A stretch of 64,000 nt of DNA, from contig CBFFRP010000578.1 of the NCBI GenBank assembly GCA_965644295.1, positions 1 to 64,000 on the forward strand. The letters are read 5' to 3'. This stretch comes from Paraphysomonas bandaiensis (lineage: Eukaryota > Protista > Chrysophyceae). Of the stretch, positions 1-14,386 are shown piece after piece (within the stretch, counting starts at the first letter, position 1; each line of letters begins with the position of its first letter). A program made the translations under genes and the position numbers. A model generated the notes under the pieces. It saw only the letters and a program-made list of their open reading frames with translations, had not been told where the DNA came from and made no database searches.

Positions 1-222
1 ACACACGATAAAGGCGAATTTCATATCACACAAAAAGAACGGAAGTGGTTGCACCTTGGTGCTTGCGGCGACGCACAAGCAGCTTTCGTAGCGTTAAATA
101 GTAGGATAAAAGAGTTTGTATTGATTAGTTACGGGTAGTGGTCTAACTAGTATGACTAGCATTCTTCTAGCCACTAATTGATGCAAGGTCTCAACGCCTA
201 TTGCTAAATAATCAGACATTCA
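1..222 (+). mobile_element. 3' end of non-autonomous retroposon family copy (rest lies left of window)
   Basis: Reverse complement of 18097-18318 and of the matching end of the 22177 copy; ends ...AATAATCAGACATTCA at 222. Confidence 0.9.
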
Positions 223-610
223 CTACTATGGCTATATCGTCCCGCGCTTAAAATCCTCATGATGTTGAAAACTTAATATTAGATTGTATAGCTATTTTAG
301 TAGCTTGCTTGCTGTATTAAGGTATAGATGTTTCCTGATTCACATTAAGAAAACAAATGGTATGTATACTGGCCGTGTATGATTTGGGAATAACAATTGC
401 ACCATAGGTCAACTCAAACAATAATTCCCTAATTTTATATATATAATAGCTACAACAAATTCACTCCAAACTCAGATGAATACTGATAAAATAGCAACTG
501 CGAGGTGTTGAAATTCGTACAAAAGTGTGATGATGAATGTGAACAGTTGTAGTCGCACGAAGGGCTTCTTATTGTCTTAATTAGCATATCATCATCACAT
601 TTATATACAA

Positions 611-777
611 TACGCTTAACCTCTGCTAGTGCACCTGATTGAATGATATGAGAATGATATGAGGCACACAATATCCTCTCATAAGCACAATATAACGCGA
701 ACCCTGAAAGAACTGAATACCACTGCCCTTTACTGCCTGTACGGCATCGGATATGGCACTTAGACTCTCCTTGTTAG
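611..777. repeat. Diverged dispersed repeat, paralog at about 1477-1625
   Basis: Colinear shared blocks TACGCTTAACCTC, GATATGAGG(C/T)ACACAAT, ATAAGCAC, CTGAAA, GATATGGCAC, ACTCTCC. Confidence 0.65.
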
Positions 778-1941
778 AAATTGACATTCCCTGTATAATA
801 AGACCTTGATAAACACTTATATAGAATATTATATAATTATAAGAGATACCATACTTCATTCATTGACGTTCACCAACTCTTTTTATCTCTACTACACCAA
901 CCATTTCTAGTACGATCTTACATCGTCACTATCTTGTACAGTCAGTATATTTCAGTTTCATCACTACAATGGCTATCATATTATTGGTTCTCATAATACA
1001 GCTAGCTACTACTGTATTCTTTGAGTAACGGATATAATTCTAATATCTTGGAAACTACAGCTTTTAATTGCTCACAAACAGCAAAACTCAACACTCCTGA
1101 AATATTCTCAAAGTTATTTCAAAGTCCTGGCAATGAAGATAGATTGCTTGCACTGACATCGTTATGATAAAACTCATGATGGTGGATTCTCTACAATTGT
1201 GTATTATAATGAAATCACGTACATATGACTGTCATTATCATAATTAGGATAGAAGTGAGCTTCTGTTGAATCGAATATTGAAGTTGAATGCCATTGTATG
1301 TCTATATTTGCCCGGTGCTGATATGAGCGCTCTATTGAGACAAAATGGGGATAATATCATATTGATTGTATTACAAATATTTCAATTAATTGAAGCAGAT
1401 CGTTGTCAAATATGCTTGCTATTATTTTCTCTGTCCCGATCAATAATTATAGACATCTAATTGACAAAGAGTTTTTACGCTTAACCTCGGCTGTTGCAAC
1501 TGGCTCGATATGAGGTACACAATCCTAATAAGCACGACGTGACCCAAACTCTGAAAAGACTCCTGGGTGCCACTACTTTACATTATCTTCAACTTTAGAT
1601 ATGGCACATGAACTCTCCAGTTAAGTTGTATGTATACATGTTTAAAATTCTTGAATTATTCCTTCGAAGGCTTGGTTAGGACGACAGATCACTTTCACTG
1701 ACGTCATTCTGATCGTGTACATTTCCAATAGAGTATCCCGTCAAGCCCTGTCTGTAAATAACGAAATTATACTTGTTACAAAAACAATATAACAAATTTT
1801 ACAGATCCATTCAGTGAGCAGTCACAACAGCTAAATAAACACTATTCGCTAGCTATAGTGCTGAAAGTAGTACACAACTAGTTTACACGAATTAAGCTAC
1901 GCTACAAGAATTCGTCCACTACTTTAACTATCACATGGTTG

Positions 1942-4900
1942 TCACTGGGGTTTATTTCCGTGAAGCCAATAATGATATCTAGCAGCCTTCAATGCAGAAA
2001 GCCATGACTTGCGCTCTGATACACTCCTGCAAAAAACGTTAAAACTATATATATATATGTTAGACACATACGTTGTGTAAAACGTTTTCACGGTGCCATT
2101 TTTCATTTCCACTTGAAATGGGAATTGCTCCTTAGTTGGATCATCTGCAGCATGAGGAATGCGCACTTCTTTTGTCTGACTTATAAGCATGGCGTCGAGA
2201 CGAGTGGACGGGTCATCCGCTAGATATATAGTGAGGGTGTCTTCATCCAGTACACACCATCGCTTCGTAGAAACCTTTAGTAACTTGCCTTTGATTATCG
2301 TCAAATGGCCAGCGTAATGGATAGGGTCAAAATTCGGTTCTTGCTGCTCCATTTCTTTCGTCCTCATATGCAGAACATGAAGTAATTCCAATTCACAATT
2401 TTCTCTTAAGAAATGCTCAACATACGGCTCCAGCGCTTTCGAAGGAACAGCAGCCTCGATCAAGCCACTCAAGAGAGATACACCCTTGCGACGAGAGGTG
2501 TTGGAAGGGTTGCAGCTGAGCTGCTTCAGAACTTGACAGTATGCTTCATCCGTCAATGCATCACTACTCCGAGCAATAGAGCAGAACTCCTTAACTAACA
2601 TAGGAGGGAAATTGCACACATGATCGCCCATCGCACCAAGCAGACACTTGAAAGCAGTAGTAGCAAGCATAACCTCATGCTGGTCCGATAGACGCGTCAA
2701 AGATGTAGAGATCAATTCGCTCGAAAACTTTTTCCTGGCATCCTCCATGGCCGGGTCTGCAAAGCGGCGTAGTGCAGGGTATCGATACCACAAATGTATA
2801 TCTCCTTCTGCATCTTTTTGCGAGAAGGCTGCATCATCAGGGTTTATCTCTTCTGCAGGAGGATGTGATTTGTGTTTAAATGCTCCTGGGTGAGGCTTCA
2901 CAACAGCCCTCTCCGCAGCAAACCGTTCTCGCTCTTTCACCATTTGCATCACCGATCCATCTACTCTCTGACAACCCTGATCATCCCGATTCTCCTCTTT
3001 CGGCTTCATTGTGTTTGGAAGTGAACAGGATGTCGAAGCAGTGCTTGCGTTCAACTGTGACTGCTCCGACACAATTCTCACTGGGTCAGAGATAGCGTCA
3101 GCGAGAGACTCTGGCTCTTTTTTTTGCATAGAAAAGTAATATTCATTTAATTCAACATTCAGAATATTAACCATGTCCTTACGGCCCAGAAAAGTGTTCA
3201 GATCAATAAGCGCCCGAAGAAACGCTCCATAGTCTTCTCTCCATCTACCTACGAGATAATTTACAAATTGAACTTCGTCATCATCGACCTGCCAGGCTGC
3301 ACATTCTTCTACTGCTGCCATCATTGCCTCTATATCACGACCTTGCCATGACAAATGTGCTTGTCGCACACATAGTTGAGCTCTCTCAAGATTATTGACC
3401 GTGCTTCTATAGATATCCAGCGATGATCTAGTTGACAGCTCTATTGCATCTGCTGCAGTGATGGCTTCTGTCAGAATAGAAACTCGATAAGGAGGGGTAG
3501 AAACAGATCCGAGGATATCTCTAACTTCAGCCAGCTTATTTATCACATCTCTCCCTTTAGCTATTGTAGCATCCATTGTGTCTATGCTGAACAAAACTTT
3601 CGACTGGCGGTCAGGCAAAGCTTCTATCTGAGATAATAAGAATTTTATCTGACCGGAATCTTCCTTGTCGATCGCATCAATCAGAGATGACTCAATTTCT
3701 TTCGTCTTTTCTGCATCTGCAGAAATCATATCATGATCCATAATCATAGTGCGGTAGAACTCTAACTCCTTTGTGCCATTAGACAGGAGATCAATTTCGT
3801 ACTTTGAATCCATCGATACTAGCTGCTTGAATTCCGACCACGTCGAATCGGCAGAACTGCTATCAGGTCGCAAACCAGCAGCGCATCGGCGTATAGACAA
3901 GATGTAATCTGCAACTTTCACGAGAGACTCGGAAGTGGGATACAGGTAGTCAGTCACGTTCTCGTCGTCACATACCGAACATAGTTCTGTCAGTGCACCC
4001 TCAAGCTCAGCTGTATTTTCTAGTGCACTTCCAGAGGCGACGTCTCTGTCAAGCGCGGCAGTTAATTCTCGTAGTGCTGTATTTTCTCGAGTTAAAAGAT
4101 CAAGTCTTCCCTCAATCTGAGCCGTAAGAACATGAAAAAGATGTCGCGATTGTATATCTAATAGCTTTCCATATTCTGCATTCTCTGGACCACTATCCGA
4201 GCGAACCAAATAAGGTGCTTCAGTTACAATAAACTTATTTAAATTAACAATATCAGATATAGTGCCCTTCATTTCTTCGCTTTCCGTACTTCTCAGGGAC
4301 TTTTGACTTTGCATGACGATTCTCTTGCATTTCTCAATGATCACTGAGCTTCTATTCACCTCATCGGATGCTCTTTCCAGTACAGGGTCAATATCCGACC
4401 CAGTTACTGCTGCTACTACTTCAGGATACTCTTTGATGTGTTTGTCACAGGACGACCACAGCGAACTCTCAGATGTTTTGTCTGGGGCAACGTATCCGCT
4501 TTGCTCCTTCACATCTGCGGATATAGCGAATACACTGCCACGTCTAGGGTGCGGGGATATCAATACATTCGCCCGGCGCGGTGACACGGGGAGTGGCTTT
4601 TCAGAAGACTGCTGACGAGATCGCTGCATGTTCTTTGGAGGGACAGGTGGGGGCAAAGTCGGTTTCACAGTCGGATCTTGGCAGGACGCCTGACGGAGAG
4701 CATTTAAGAGCAGTTCACGTAGCTCAACGATGTAGTCTACAATTTGCATGGCTGCTCGTGCACGTTTACCAAGTTTCCTTTTGCCAGATCTCGCAAACAT
4801 CTGAATTCGTGAGACATAGTCACAAGATACACCCCCTGTATCACCCACAGCACTGTAAGTCGCGAGAATATTGCTAATCAAAGCGTTCTCTTCTTCTATC

Positions 4901-7900
4901 TGTGCTAGTACTTCTTCCAGACTCTTCGTCTGATCTTCCGCGAAAGAAGGAATATCTTTTCTGATATCACGAACACTATCCATACATTTCTGGAGGGTGC
5001 TAATATCAATTTCATCTTCAACAAGCAGAGAAAAAACTTCTCTTAACACTCCCGCCCCAGCTCCTACATGCTCCTTATACATGTTTTGCAGCTGCACTGC
5101 AAGCGGGTTCTTTAATAGGAGATCCCACGACCGTTCGACAGTGCTTAGCCAAAACTCATCAATGTCTTTCGGTTCAAAGTGTTTGATATTCTGTAGTCGG
5201 TGCAAGGTCTCAATTCGATCGTTAACTACTCTCACTTCCCGCTCAATTACATTTTCATACATTGTGAAAAGGGGTATTTTCCTTAATCTCACTTGTATAT
5301 CCAGAATAGTCGCCAAAACGCTGTTCTCACTGTCCACCGTTTCCGGAATATCTGACTCTCTCGCCACGACAATTTGATCAAGCTGAGCTGCTATATCGCA
5401 TATCTGGCTTTTTAGAATCTTTATCTGCTTTCTAACCCGCATTCCACGATACACCTTCTGTACAAGGATCACCTGGGATGAAATTTCCTTAGATCTGTAG
5501 GTGGAAAGCACGCGGTCAACAGACGCTTTCCAGAACACCATCGTGTCGCCGACTTGAATGTCCTCAGTGGCATTTTTCATGTTTGGCAAGGTTGACAGCA
5601 ATTTCACCATCTGTTCACACACATCCCTCGTGTTGTAGGGTCCCATTATACAGCTGAATCGCCGGTTTGTGTTATCCCTTACCAAAGGACCATAGCGATT
5701 AATAAAAACATCGTGACTGAACTGGAAGTGATAGCCACGTTTGCGGATTGCTAATGCATCGAATGCGCCTGACTGTTTCAGCTGCTGGTGCACACATACG
5801 CAATGGAAGAATTGAGCTTGCTTAGAATCATTTGGTTTAACACAGCGAATAAAATGCGGAGCAGATTCATTGAGTTTACGAATCAGGTCATCAAGTTGCA
5901 ATTTGAATTGTCCGCCCACAGTTAGTTGCTTGGGTCTTGCTCGTCCCTTCACTTCTTTAGCTTTCTCTTCTTGCTGCAATTCCTCCATGGTCTTCGGGGG
6001 CTCGAATGAGAGATATGACCGTTTGATCATGTTTTCGAGATCCTCACCCAACTTATCTTTGTTCTTATCGAGAAACTCATGAACTTTGTAATATACCCTA
6101 TCAAATAAACAGTGAGAGTCTTACAAACAACAGAAATTAGGATCATAATACACTATGGGAATATCTATTTATCTATAAAATATTTATATCACACTAACCG
6201 CCCAGCGTAATGATCGATGGCAAAGCTATCTTTCGATGCCTCTCCCTTTGCAAGAAGAAAACGTGGGTGCTTCGCGTGCTTATCCTTAAGTTTGTTCAAG
6301 AATGTAGTCCCGTTGGATCGCGGAACTCTGCATTCGTCATCCAATATCGCCATGATACCACTAGCCCCTTTCATCTCGATGAGATCTAACACAATCTAAT
6401 GATAGCGTTACAGACATTAAATTTATAGTAAAACTAGAACCTGGTTGTCAGAAAAGTTAAACTTCTCACAGGGAATATTTTCTCGTTCACACGCTTCCAT
6501 TTCGTCCTTAAATGTGTGCTGATTAAAGTGCTGCTGCAATTTTTCGTTCGCATAGTTGATACAAAACTACAGGAAAACCATCTATTAACTGGTGTTACAA
6601 CAAAGACAAGCGTACAACCTGCTCGAATCCATTAAATTCAAATATTTCAAACCCGAATATATCGAGTATTCCAATGTACCTTCTGTTCGATACAGTCGGT
6701 TTTTTATACTTTCCAAGGTCGTCGTTTACGTCACCGCCACCAACGCTGGGGTCGATCATAGCAAGGTTGGTGCGATGAACCAACCAGTCAAAACAGTTCT
6801 TGTACATGGCCTTGCACAGTGCATCCCTTGTTTCAGCAGCCTGTGTTGCACTCAACTGGACAGAGTTCACCTCGCCCCGCACTAGTAGTTCTCGCGTTCT
6901 CAGCCGAAGGGAGATCTCTTCCGTGGGTAACCCCATCAAATGCGATACGTTTTGTAGAGACTCTTTGCACAATTCAGTGGGCTCTATTTCACATCCCCCA
7001 GAACCTGTGCTCGAATCCGCAAAAGTGATATTGCCTAGATGAAGAATGGTCGCACAAACTGCAAAAGCGTCATTCAATTCAGGCTGTGTCATACCCAACT
7101 TTATACAAGCAAATTCCATCTCGTGAAACTGCTCCGTGTCAGATACTTTAGGGATGGATGTACACCCGCTCTGCGTGAGGAACCTATAACTATCTGGAGG
7201 GCCCAGATTCAGTCGAGAGAGGTCGGCTCTGGAGGATTTAAACGCTGGAGAATCTAAGTCTCGCAAAGTTTGTCTCTTTAAATAGGTAGGAAGAATAGTT
7301 GAGTCCTTCCTGCTCTCTTGTTCCTCTACTGCTGCTCGACATACCTGATAGAAAATATGATACGACCGCTCCCCCATTGCCTGTTTGTGGACACGACTCT
7401 TTTCTAGTAGGTAGTTTGTAGTACCACACCCCACAACCACCCCGTCCAATTCAAAACTTAGATTCATAAACTTCCCAAAGCGTGAACTATTATTGTTTCG
7501 CAAAGTCTTTGCGTTTCCAAATGCTTCTAAAATAGGATTGGCGGAAAGGATCTTTTGCTCGATACCAGAAGCGGACCCAGCAGCTTCAGAGAGAAACGAC
7601 ATACATAATTTTGTGGTCTCGGTTTTACCTACGCCAATACCAGGCAAACAAAAACAAATTATCATAAGATGAAATAGCACATGTTATTGGGGACGAATCA
7701 ATACCTGCACCAGATTCTCCACTTATGAGAATGGCTTGGTTCTTTCCATCCCGCAGCATTGAGTTGTACGCACGACGAGATACGTCAAAAGGATGAGGTT
7801 TTAATTTACACTTACTATTATTCTGAAGATACTTATTCATTACTAGTGGGGTGTACAGAGGAAGTAAGCGGAAAGGGTTAACGGCTATCAATATATCTCC

Positions 7901-8282
7901 AACAGCAGTATACACATCATCATTCTTATATCTCTGAAAAAAATACAGTTACAAGTCCATTGCTTTCATTATAATATTATTCAACCTCAGATAGTGTGTA
8001 CACAATACTCTTCTCTGACAAGTCCTCCATATGAATGAGGTCATCAGGAAGGCGCTTCAATCCTGATAGACTTTGAATGTCCTCACATACATCATCCGCA
8101 GCACAGTCGAAGACATCGCCATGCTCTGTAGTGGCTACGAACATATCAGCACTTTTGCCTCGATTAACTTTAGCAGGAACCCATTCGTAATCACGCAGAA
8201 CCCAACGATAGTCTGAATCGTCCTCTGCGGGTGTAGAGTATGATGCCCTGTCCTCTGACTGCCAGAACCCGGGATGAGACAT
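1942..8282 (-). CDS. Unconventional myosin: motor, IQ, long helical tail, MyTH4, PH (multi-exon)
   Basis: GESGAGKT P-loop (across an intron), NNNSSRFGK switch I, DIFGFE switch [14 protein letters not shown]-like [12 protein letters not shown], MyTH4 [19 protein letters not shown]...ERKSWLSAL; six short GT-AG introns join the ORF pieces. Confidence 0.93.
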
Positions 8283-8290
8283 GATAGAGG

Positions 8291-8314
8291 GATAGATAGA
8301 TAGATAGATAGATA
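8291..8314. repeat. (GATA)n microsatellite just upstream of myosin ATG
   Basis: Six GATA units seen directly. Confidence 0.9.
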
Positions 8315-10693
8315 GCTATACTACAGTGATGGAGAGAGATGGATTAGCACACAAGAGGCATGAAAGAGTTTATATGATAGGATATATGCATGAGATGTAG
8401 GTGTAATATGTCCAATCCTGACGACCTTAACCGATACCTGCAACATACCTACCTACCTACCCATACATACATCCATCTCGTAAAGTGTCGGACAAAAAAG
8501 GAGCAACTTCCTTTCGTTTTTCAAAATAACTTTTTACAGAGGACTTTTACACTCTACTTGTAGTGTATATGAAGGTTGTGTCTAAAACATTTTGGGTAAA
8601 AAATGTAATTATGCTTTTTTTACATAATTACCCAAAAAGAGGCGCTGCTAAGAGGTAAATCCCATATATGGGCGATAATAGTATATGCATAGAGCATAGA
8701 GCTGATGGAATATAAAGTCTAATATACTATATATAGTAGAGCAATGATGTTTGAAGATGTTGTGTATGAAGACGAATGCGACAGCAGTGATATGAGTGAT
8801 AGTAATGACAACAGTGACGACAGGAGCAGATCCCGTGCACAGTGCCACAGGATTGAAGGAGATCGACTGGTCTGAATGTCTTGAGTCTGTAAGGGAGGGG
8901 AAGGATGTTGAGTGCACTTTCGGTATCCCTAAGAATAGAATTCGGTGGTTAAAAAACGCCATTTGCTACCACGACGAGGACACAGTAGTGAAGGGGAGGC
9001 TCTATTGTGAGCCATTTTCATATTCTGAACACTAAACGAAGTTGAAAAATTTATGTGCTTCAATCACTATTTCCTCAAATGAAGTGCTGACAGCATCTGT
9101 ATTCGTATATACGGTCATATGATTTACACTAACTTGAGTATGCTTGACACACTGGTCCCTTCAGATTCCACTTTCGTTTCATATTTATAGAGATAGGTGA
9201 CATGGATCCTCATGGTGGCCTCTCACCATTAGGAACACGATGCAAGCGACCCGTCCCCTCCACAATAATATAACTGCATCAGTGATGAAAGCGACTAAGA
9301 TTGGAAGTATGCCTGTATCAGTACTTGAAAAAGGGTTGTGAATAGGTTGTTGGGGACACTCCCGTCAATAAAGCACCTTAGTTGAGACCCGGGCACCTGA
9401 GCAGACCATCAGAGCAGCCACCAAATGCCATCATGTCATCAATATTCCACCAAGCAGGAAGGCCCACTAAGTTGAGGAACGTATGGCTGCCATAAAGCTT
9501 GCGTTATTGGCAAAATGAGCGGAGCGATATCGAGGAGCAATTTGGAGTTCTATTTTATACTCTTGACCAGGGATTTAAGCCTTTGAATGCCTCGATATGG
9601 AATCTTTATCAGTAATGAGCGTCTTTGTGTCAGACGAGTCTAATCACTTCTGGTGGCCAGTGTCATCGATAGGTTGTAGTTTCCTCACTCCGGACCACCT
9701 ACCATCTTGCCATCGCGCTTGATAGGGATTTGATGGCAGTGACGTTCGACCTCCATGACCAAGCTGGTTATGGGTATAGTCGAAGAAGTGAAATATGAGA
9801 AATAAATACTCTCACCTATATGCGGATGCTATCTGTGCAGCGAACGGGGGGTCGCTACGAATCAGTCTGAATTTAGTGGATGGAGGCCTTGTATGTGACA
9901 CCATGGTGTGAGCAATTTGTGTATGATTTATTGTTATCTTTTCGATTAGCTTCAGTTTTATATGATTAGCTAGCTTGAGTGGTTTATTTTTATTTTCTTT
10001 AATATTAATATGATTAACTGAGAGTAAACACTTTTTATTACCAAGTCTTTATTAGTTTATTAGGTAGGTTAAGAATGCTTGGTAGTTACTAGTTACTAAT
10101 GGGCTAATAGATAGTTGAATAGTTTCTCAGTGTCCTACCATACCCTACGTATAATGGGGCTCTGCAAACTAGAAGACCTGTGAAATGTCTGGAAGGTTTA
10201 CCTACTAGCTAGTAGGTCTGTCATCATTTACAATACTCTTAACGTTTCAAGAGAACCTCGACACGACTGTGGGCTGTGGGCCCCTTGCTATTCGGGTCTC
10301 TGGAAGTATTATTTTTGGAATTACTGAAAGTGATGCGCAATTTATGTATTTGTTGCATTCTAGAATTTCTGTTAGTTTAATTCAACGATTTAATGCATTA
10401 GCGTGCACACAACTTCGAGAACTTTCAGAAGAATAACACGCTTTTCAACTACCATTTCACATAAGCTAATAATAGACCTTCAAGTGCAGGTCATAGACGC
10501 GTAACAATAGAATATCAGTAGCTACAGGCCAGATACTACTGCCAAGTACATAAAAAAACAGATCACTTAAAGTGATTAACTTTCTCTAGAAAGAACACAA
10601 TAACTTCATAATTGTTGGACACCACACCCAATTGCTCTGGGCAAATGAACAGCGATCTCCTCAGCAAGCAATTCTAAATTCCAAAAGTTAAGA

Positions 10694-11630
10694 TTAATTC
10701 GAATAGTTGAGATTGGTTATAGACTTCGGCTGCACTGCTGTTCCACCGGATGGATTCGGAACCTGAATTATATATGAATGGGAAATGGGAAAATTTCATG
10801 CCCTAGTAACTTACCATAGCTAGTTGTGCGAACCGATCCCACTCTATGCCGCCTGTGCGATCGTGGTCAAAATATGCAAATAGAGCAAGTGCTTGGTAAT
10901 CATCAAAGTATATATTGGACAACTCCAAAAATTTCTTGAACTCATACTCGTCAAGTATTGAATCGTCATTAAAGTCAAAGTAGTCAAATATTTTACGAAG
11001 TCGAACATGCTGCTGGGCATAGCTATTCACTCGCTCGGAAAGTTTGCTCTGTACCAGATGTAATAAGGCTTCTTGCGTAAGGTTGCGGCTATGAACATGT
11101 TCAATGGCAGCTTTATATCTGGACAGCATTTTCCCAGTGTCACTGTAACCACTTTGAACATACTTCTCTTGTTCCGGCCTGGAATACTTGCCTGGAGAAC
11201 TGTGTCCATCATCAATACTAACCTTGTATTTACACACGGGGGCAAGGCCATGCTGTGTGTCCTCTGACTGAATAACTGGTGTTCCACAAACGTCAAATGA
11301 CTGTGGAATATAACCGGTGTAGCCGCGAATGACATACCGCTTCTGCTTGGTGTCAGCAAGAGTTGAGTTCTCATCGCTCGTATCCAGGTTATGAGAGCCC
11401 GTAGTCCAATCACATTCCGTTTTGCAATAACTGTGTGTCGAACCGCAAGTCGACATCATCGACTCATTCGCCAAAAAAGTTTCTCTAGAAGATGCATACG
11501 GATCATATATATCAGGCGCGACTCGGTTTCCTTTCCGCTTTAGAGTACGATAGTACTTTAACGGAGATACTATCGAATGTTTTAGTTTAAATTTTTCCAA
11601 TCCTCGTGTGTTTCGATTCGTATTCATCAT
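10694..11630 (-). CDS. EF-hand protein with GYTGYIP motif (possible ciliary microtubule-associated protein)
   Basis: EF loops DFNDDSILDEYEF and DHDRTGGIEWDRF; intron about 10814-10765 adds terminal exon VPNPSGGTAVQPKSITNLNYSN*; true start uncertain. Confidence 0.8.
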
Positions 11631-13150
11631 TTAAAAGACTGATATTATAAACCAATGCTCTCTAAGCTAATCTCGAAATAAAAAATACTAGTACTGAAAA
11701 TGTTTCAGAGAATGTGGCCAAAGATCTGAGAAACTAGCATTGATTGCTTGTAAGTATATATATCTGGATGGAATATATGATGATATCAGAGTTTACATCA
11801 CGCAATATCATTCTTTGGACATGCATATTCCCGGCTTTGTAAGACACCAAACAGCAGCAGATCATTGAACACAGACTCTGTAACCGTCAAACATGGTATA
11901 CCGCTGCCGTATAGTCCGGTATTCCTGTTGTTTGTCGACCTGTTGTTGGAGTAGTATGGGCAGTCAACATCTTATTTTTCGGAAATATATTGAAGCAAAT
12001 ATAATCTATATTACTGCAATATAACTACGGCTAGAATACACAAAATTGTTGTCTCAATAATAGAAGCATCTTTGAACAAAAACATAGAAAGGATGCCGAT
12101 ACGCCCCCACGGTAGTCATGTGTATAGATGCATGTCCCACAGCTGTACAGAGAGGGACATATCTAGGCTAGATATCCTCCTGAGCGACACACACTGTTGC
12201 ATGGGCTAATTGATAGATTGATAATAAGCTCCTGCACTATCAGAGAAAATTATGTAGTTTGTGTTTGAATGATTATTGCTGTGCAAGCCTATCGCCACTA
12301 TAATATATGCCGTAGAGGCCTCGGTGCTCCCATCCAGAGGTTTGAACAATGCCATTAGCACAATTTCTATGCTATTCTCCTTTAATATTTCTTCACCTCT
12401 AGCTTCATCTAGCTGGATGACAGATAACAAAGGCTGATTATGAGTAGTTTGATGTAGTCAAAATTACTGAAATACTTGAGATTTTGGGGTATCTTCTTGA
12501 AACGGAGTTTAAAAGGCTCTTACTACTGATTTAGTATTTGCTGGAACATTCAAGGTGTGGTATGTTTTGAAATCAGTAGTGAATAAACCAGAATGGGTAG
12601 AGCTACAAGTTATGCATACTAGATCATAATATCGTGTTGTCTTTTCATGTTATTTATTTTTTGATTTTGTTAGAGTTTATTTTCTTCAACTAAATAACTG
12701 TAGGTGTGAGTGAATTCCCATTAATATTAGTGGACCTTGAATGTAAACCTAATGTTGACAAATAGTTTACTATGATCACGAGAACCAATCATGACATGCA
12801 TCAACAAGCACCTTTCATAAACGCACACGTCTAAACTGAAATCATGATTAGATTGAGTGTGATGTTGACGTATAAACATGTAGACTAGCGTGTTATGTAC
12901 AGGTATTAACCGTAGTATTTCGTTTTATCTTTTCACTAGTTTTGTTTTATTATTTAATTAAATCTAGCTATCAGTCTCTGAAACAACTGTTGTTAACTCA
13001 TCTCAAGATGTATTTTCTCCGACATAGAAATTCATGCAATATGTACTGTGATTTCCGAAATGAAATTACATGCAATAAGTATGGTTAAAATGAAGTGCAG
13101 TCTTTGAAATATCAATATACACATATTATCTATAGTTAATACCTCCATTA

Positions 13151-14052
13151 TTACAGCCATGCACATTTATTCCAAAAATAATGCAGCACTCCATAGGTCA
13201 TTGTTCCCTTCGGAGGATTCGTTAGTAGGTTTGTTAATCGTGGACATGCAACACATGTGAGTGGGTACACTAATGTGGCGAATATATAAGGAAATGCGCA
13301 CGCAAAAAATCCAAGTGATACAAAAGAAATCTGCAGGTTGACCAGGGCTCCAATAAAAGTAACAATTGCAACTACATATTCACCAACAGATTCGGCGACA
13401 GCAAGTTGCCATATTGCACTGATAAATAGAAGTGTTTTTAAAATACCGATGGACGTGCACTGTTGAAAGAGAAAATAGGCTCGAAGTCCACCGAACACAT
13501 CCAAACCACTTTCATCTAACACAGGGTTTAGCTCCTTACCTGGGTTAGCAATCATATACCAATAGTTATACATTGAAAACGGCACATATCGCGTCACGCT
13601 ACGCGTCTCGTTATCCACACGCCACGTTAAACCCGATTTACACTGACAGATATTGCAGATAACACTACCAAGAGTGGACTCTTCAGTTGAGGATTTAGGC
13701 TTAGTTATTTTAATATTTTGATATATCGGAACAAGTACCCACGCCATTATTGCATAGGCAGCAGCATAAGATACCATAAGGGTATCTAGTAGACCAGGCG
13801 ACATATAACCGCCATAGATAATAACAGCCACCTCATATATCCTCGAACACATTTGATAACGCGCCCACTACAATTCAACAGACTTATATACAAATACTCC
13901 CCCATATATAGCCTTACCACAACAGGAGATACAGATATACACAGAATCTGACGGGGCATAGCCTCCACAACTGGGGGGAGTTTCTCGCTACCTGAGTTAG
14001 GAGGATTTAATTTGACTGCATCTCCTTCTTCTAATCCAAGCGATTCTTTCAT
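13151..14052 (-). CDS. Hypothetical multi-pass membrane protein
   Basis: GTAAGG...TTGTAG intron joins ORF 13786-14064 in frame (SPVV|WARYQMCSR) to ORF 13151-13852; several hydrophobic segments; start uncertain. Confidence 0.7.
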
Positions 14053-14106
14053 TTTGAATACCAACTATGACAAAAGTTAATGTGAGATATGAAGATACTT
14101 CTCCAT

Positions 14107-14386
14107 GTGTATGTATGTATGTATGTATGTATGTATGTATGTATGTATGTATGTATGTATGTATGTATGTATGTATGTATGTATGTATGTATGTATGTAT
14201 GTATGTATGTATGTATGTATGAATGTATGTATGTATGTATGTAGGTGTATGTATGTATGTATGTATGTATGTATGTATGTATGTATGTATGTATGTATGT
14301 ATGTATGTATGTATGTATGTATGTATGTATGTATGTATGTATGTATGTATGAATGTATGTAGGTAGGTAGGTAGGTAGGTAGGTAT
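14107..14386. repeat. Compound (GTAT)n/(GTAG)n microsatellite, about 280 bp
   Basis: Seen directly; accounts for the YIHT/MYVC ORFs. Confidence 0.98.

Noticed and set aside
8648-9035. Overlapping small ORFs (104 aa and 79 aa)
   Set aside because: No domain, no splice support, non-ATG or weak starts
9180-9910. Coding-like composition suggesting a decayed element
   Set aside because: No long open frame and no recognisable motif in the frames I translated
11985-12030. TATATTGAAG as an eighth retroposon terminus
   Set aside because: Similarity ends quickly; no hairpin block or TSD
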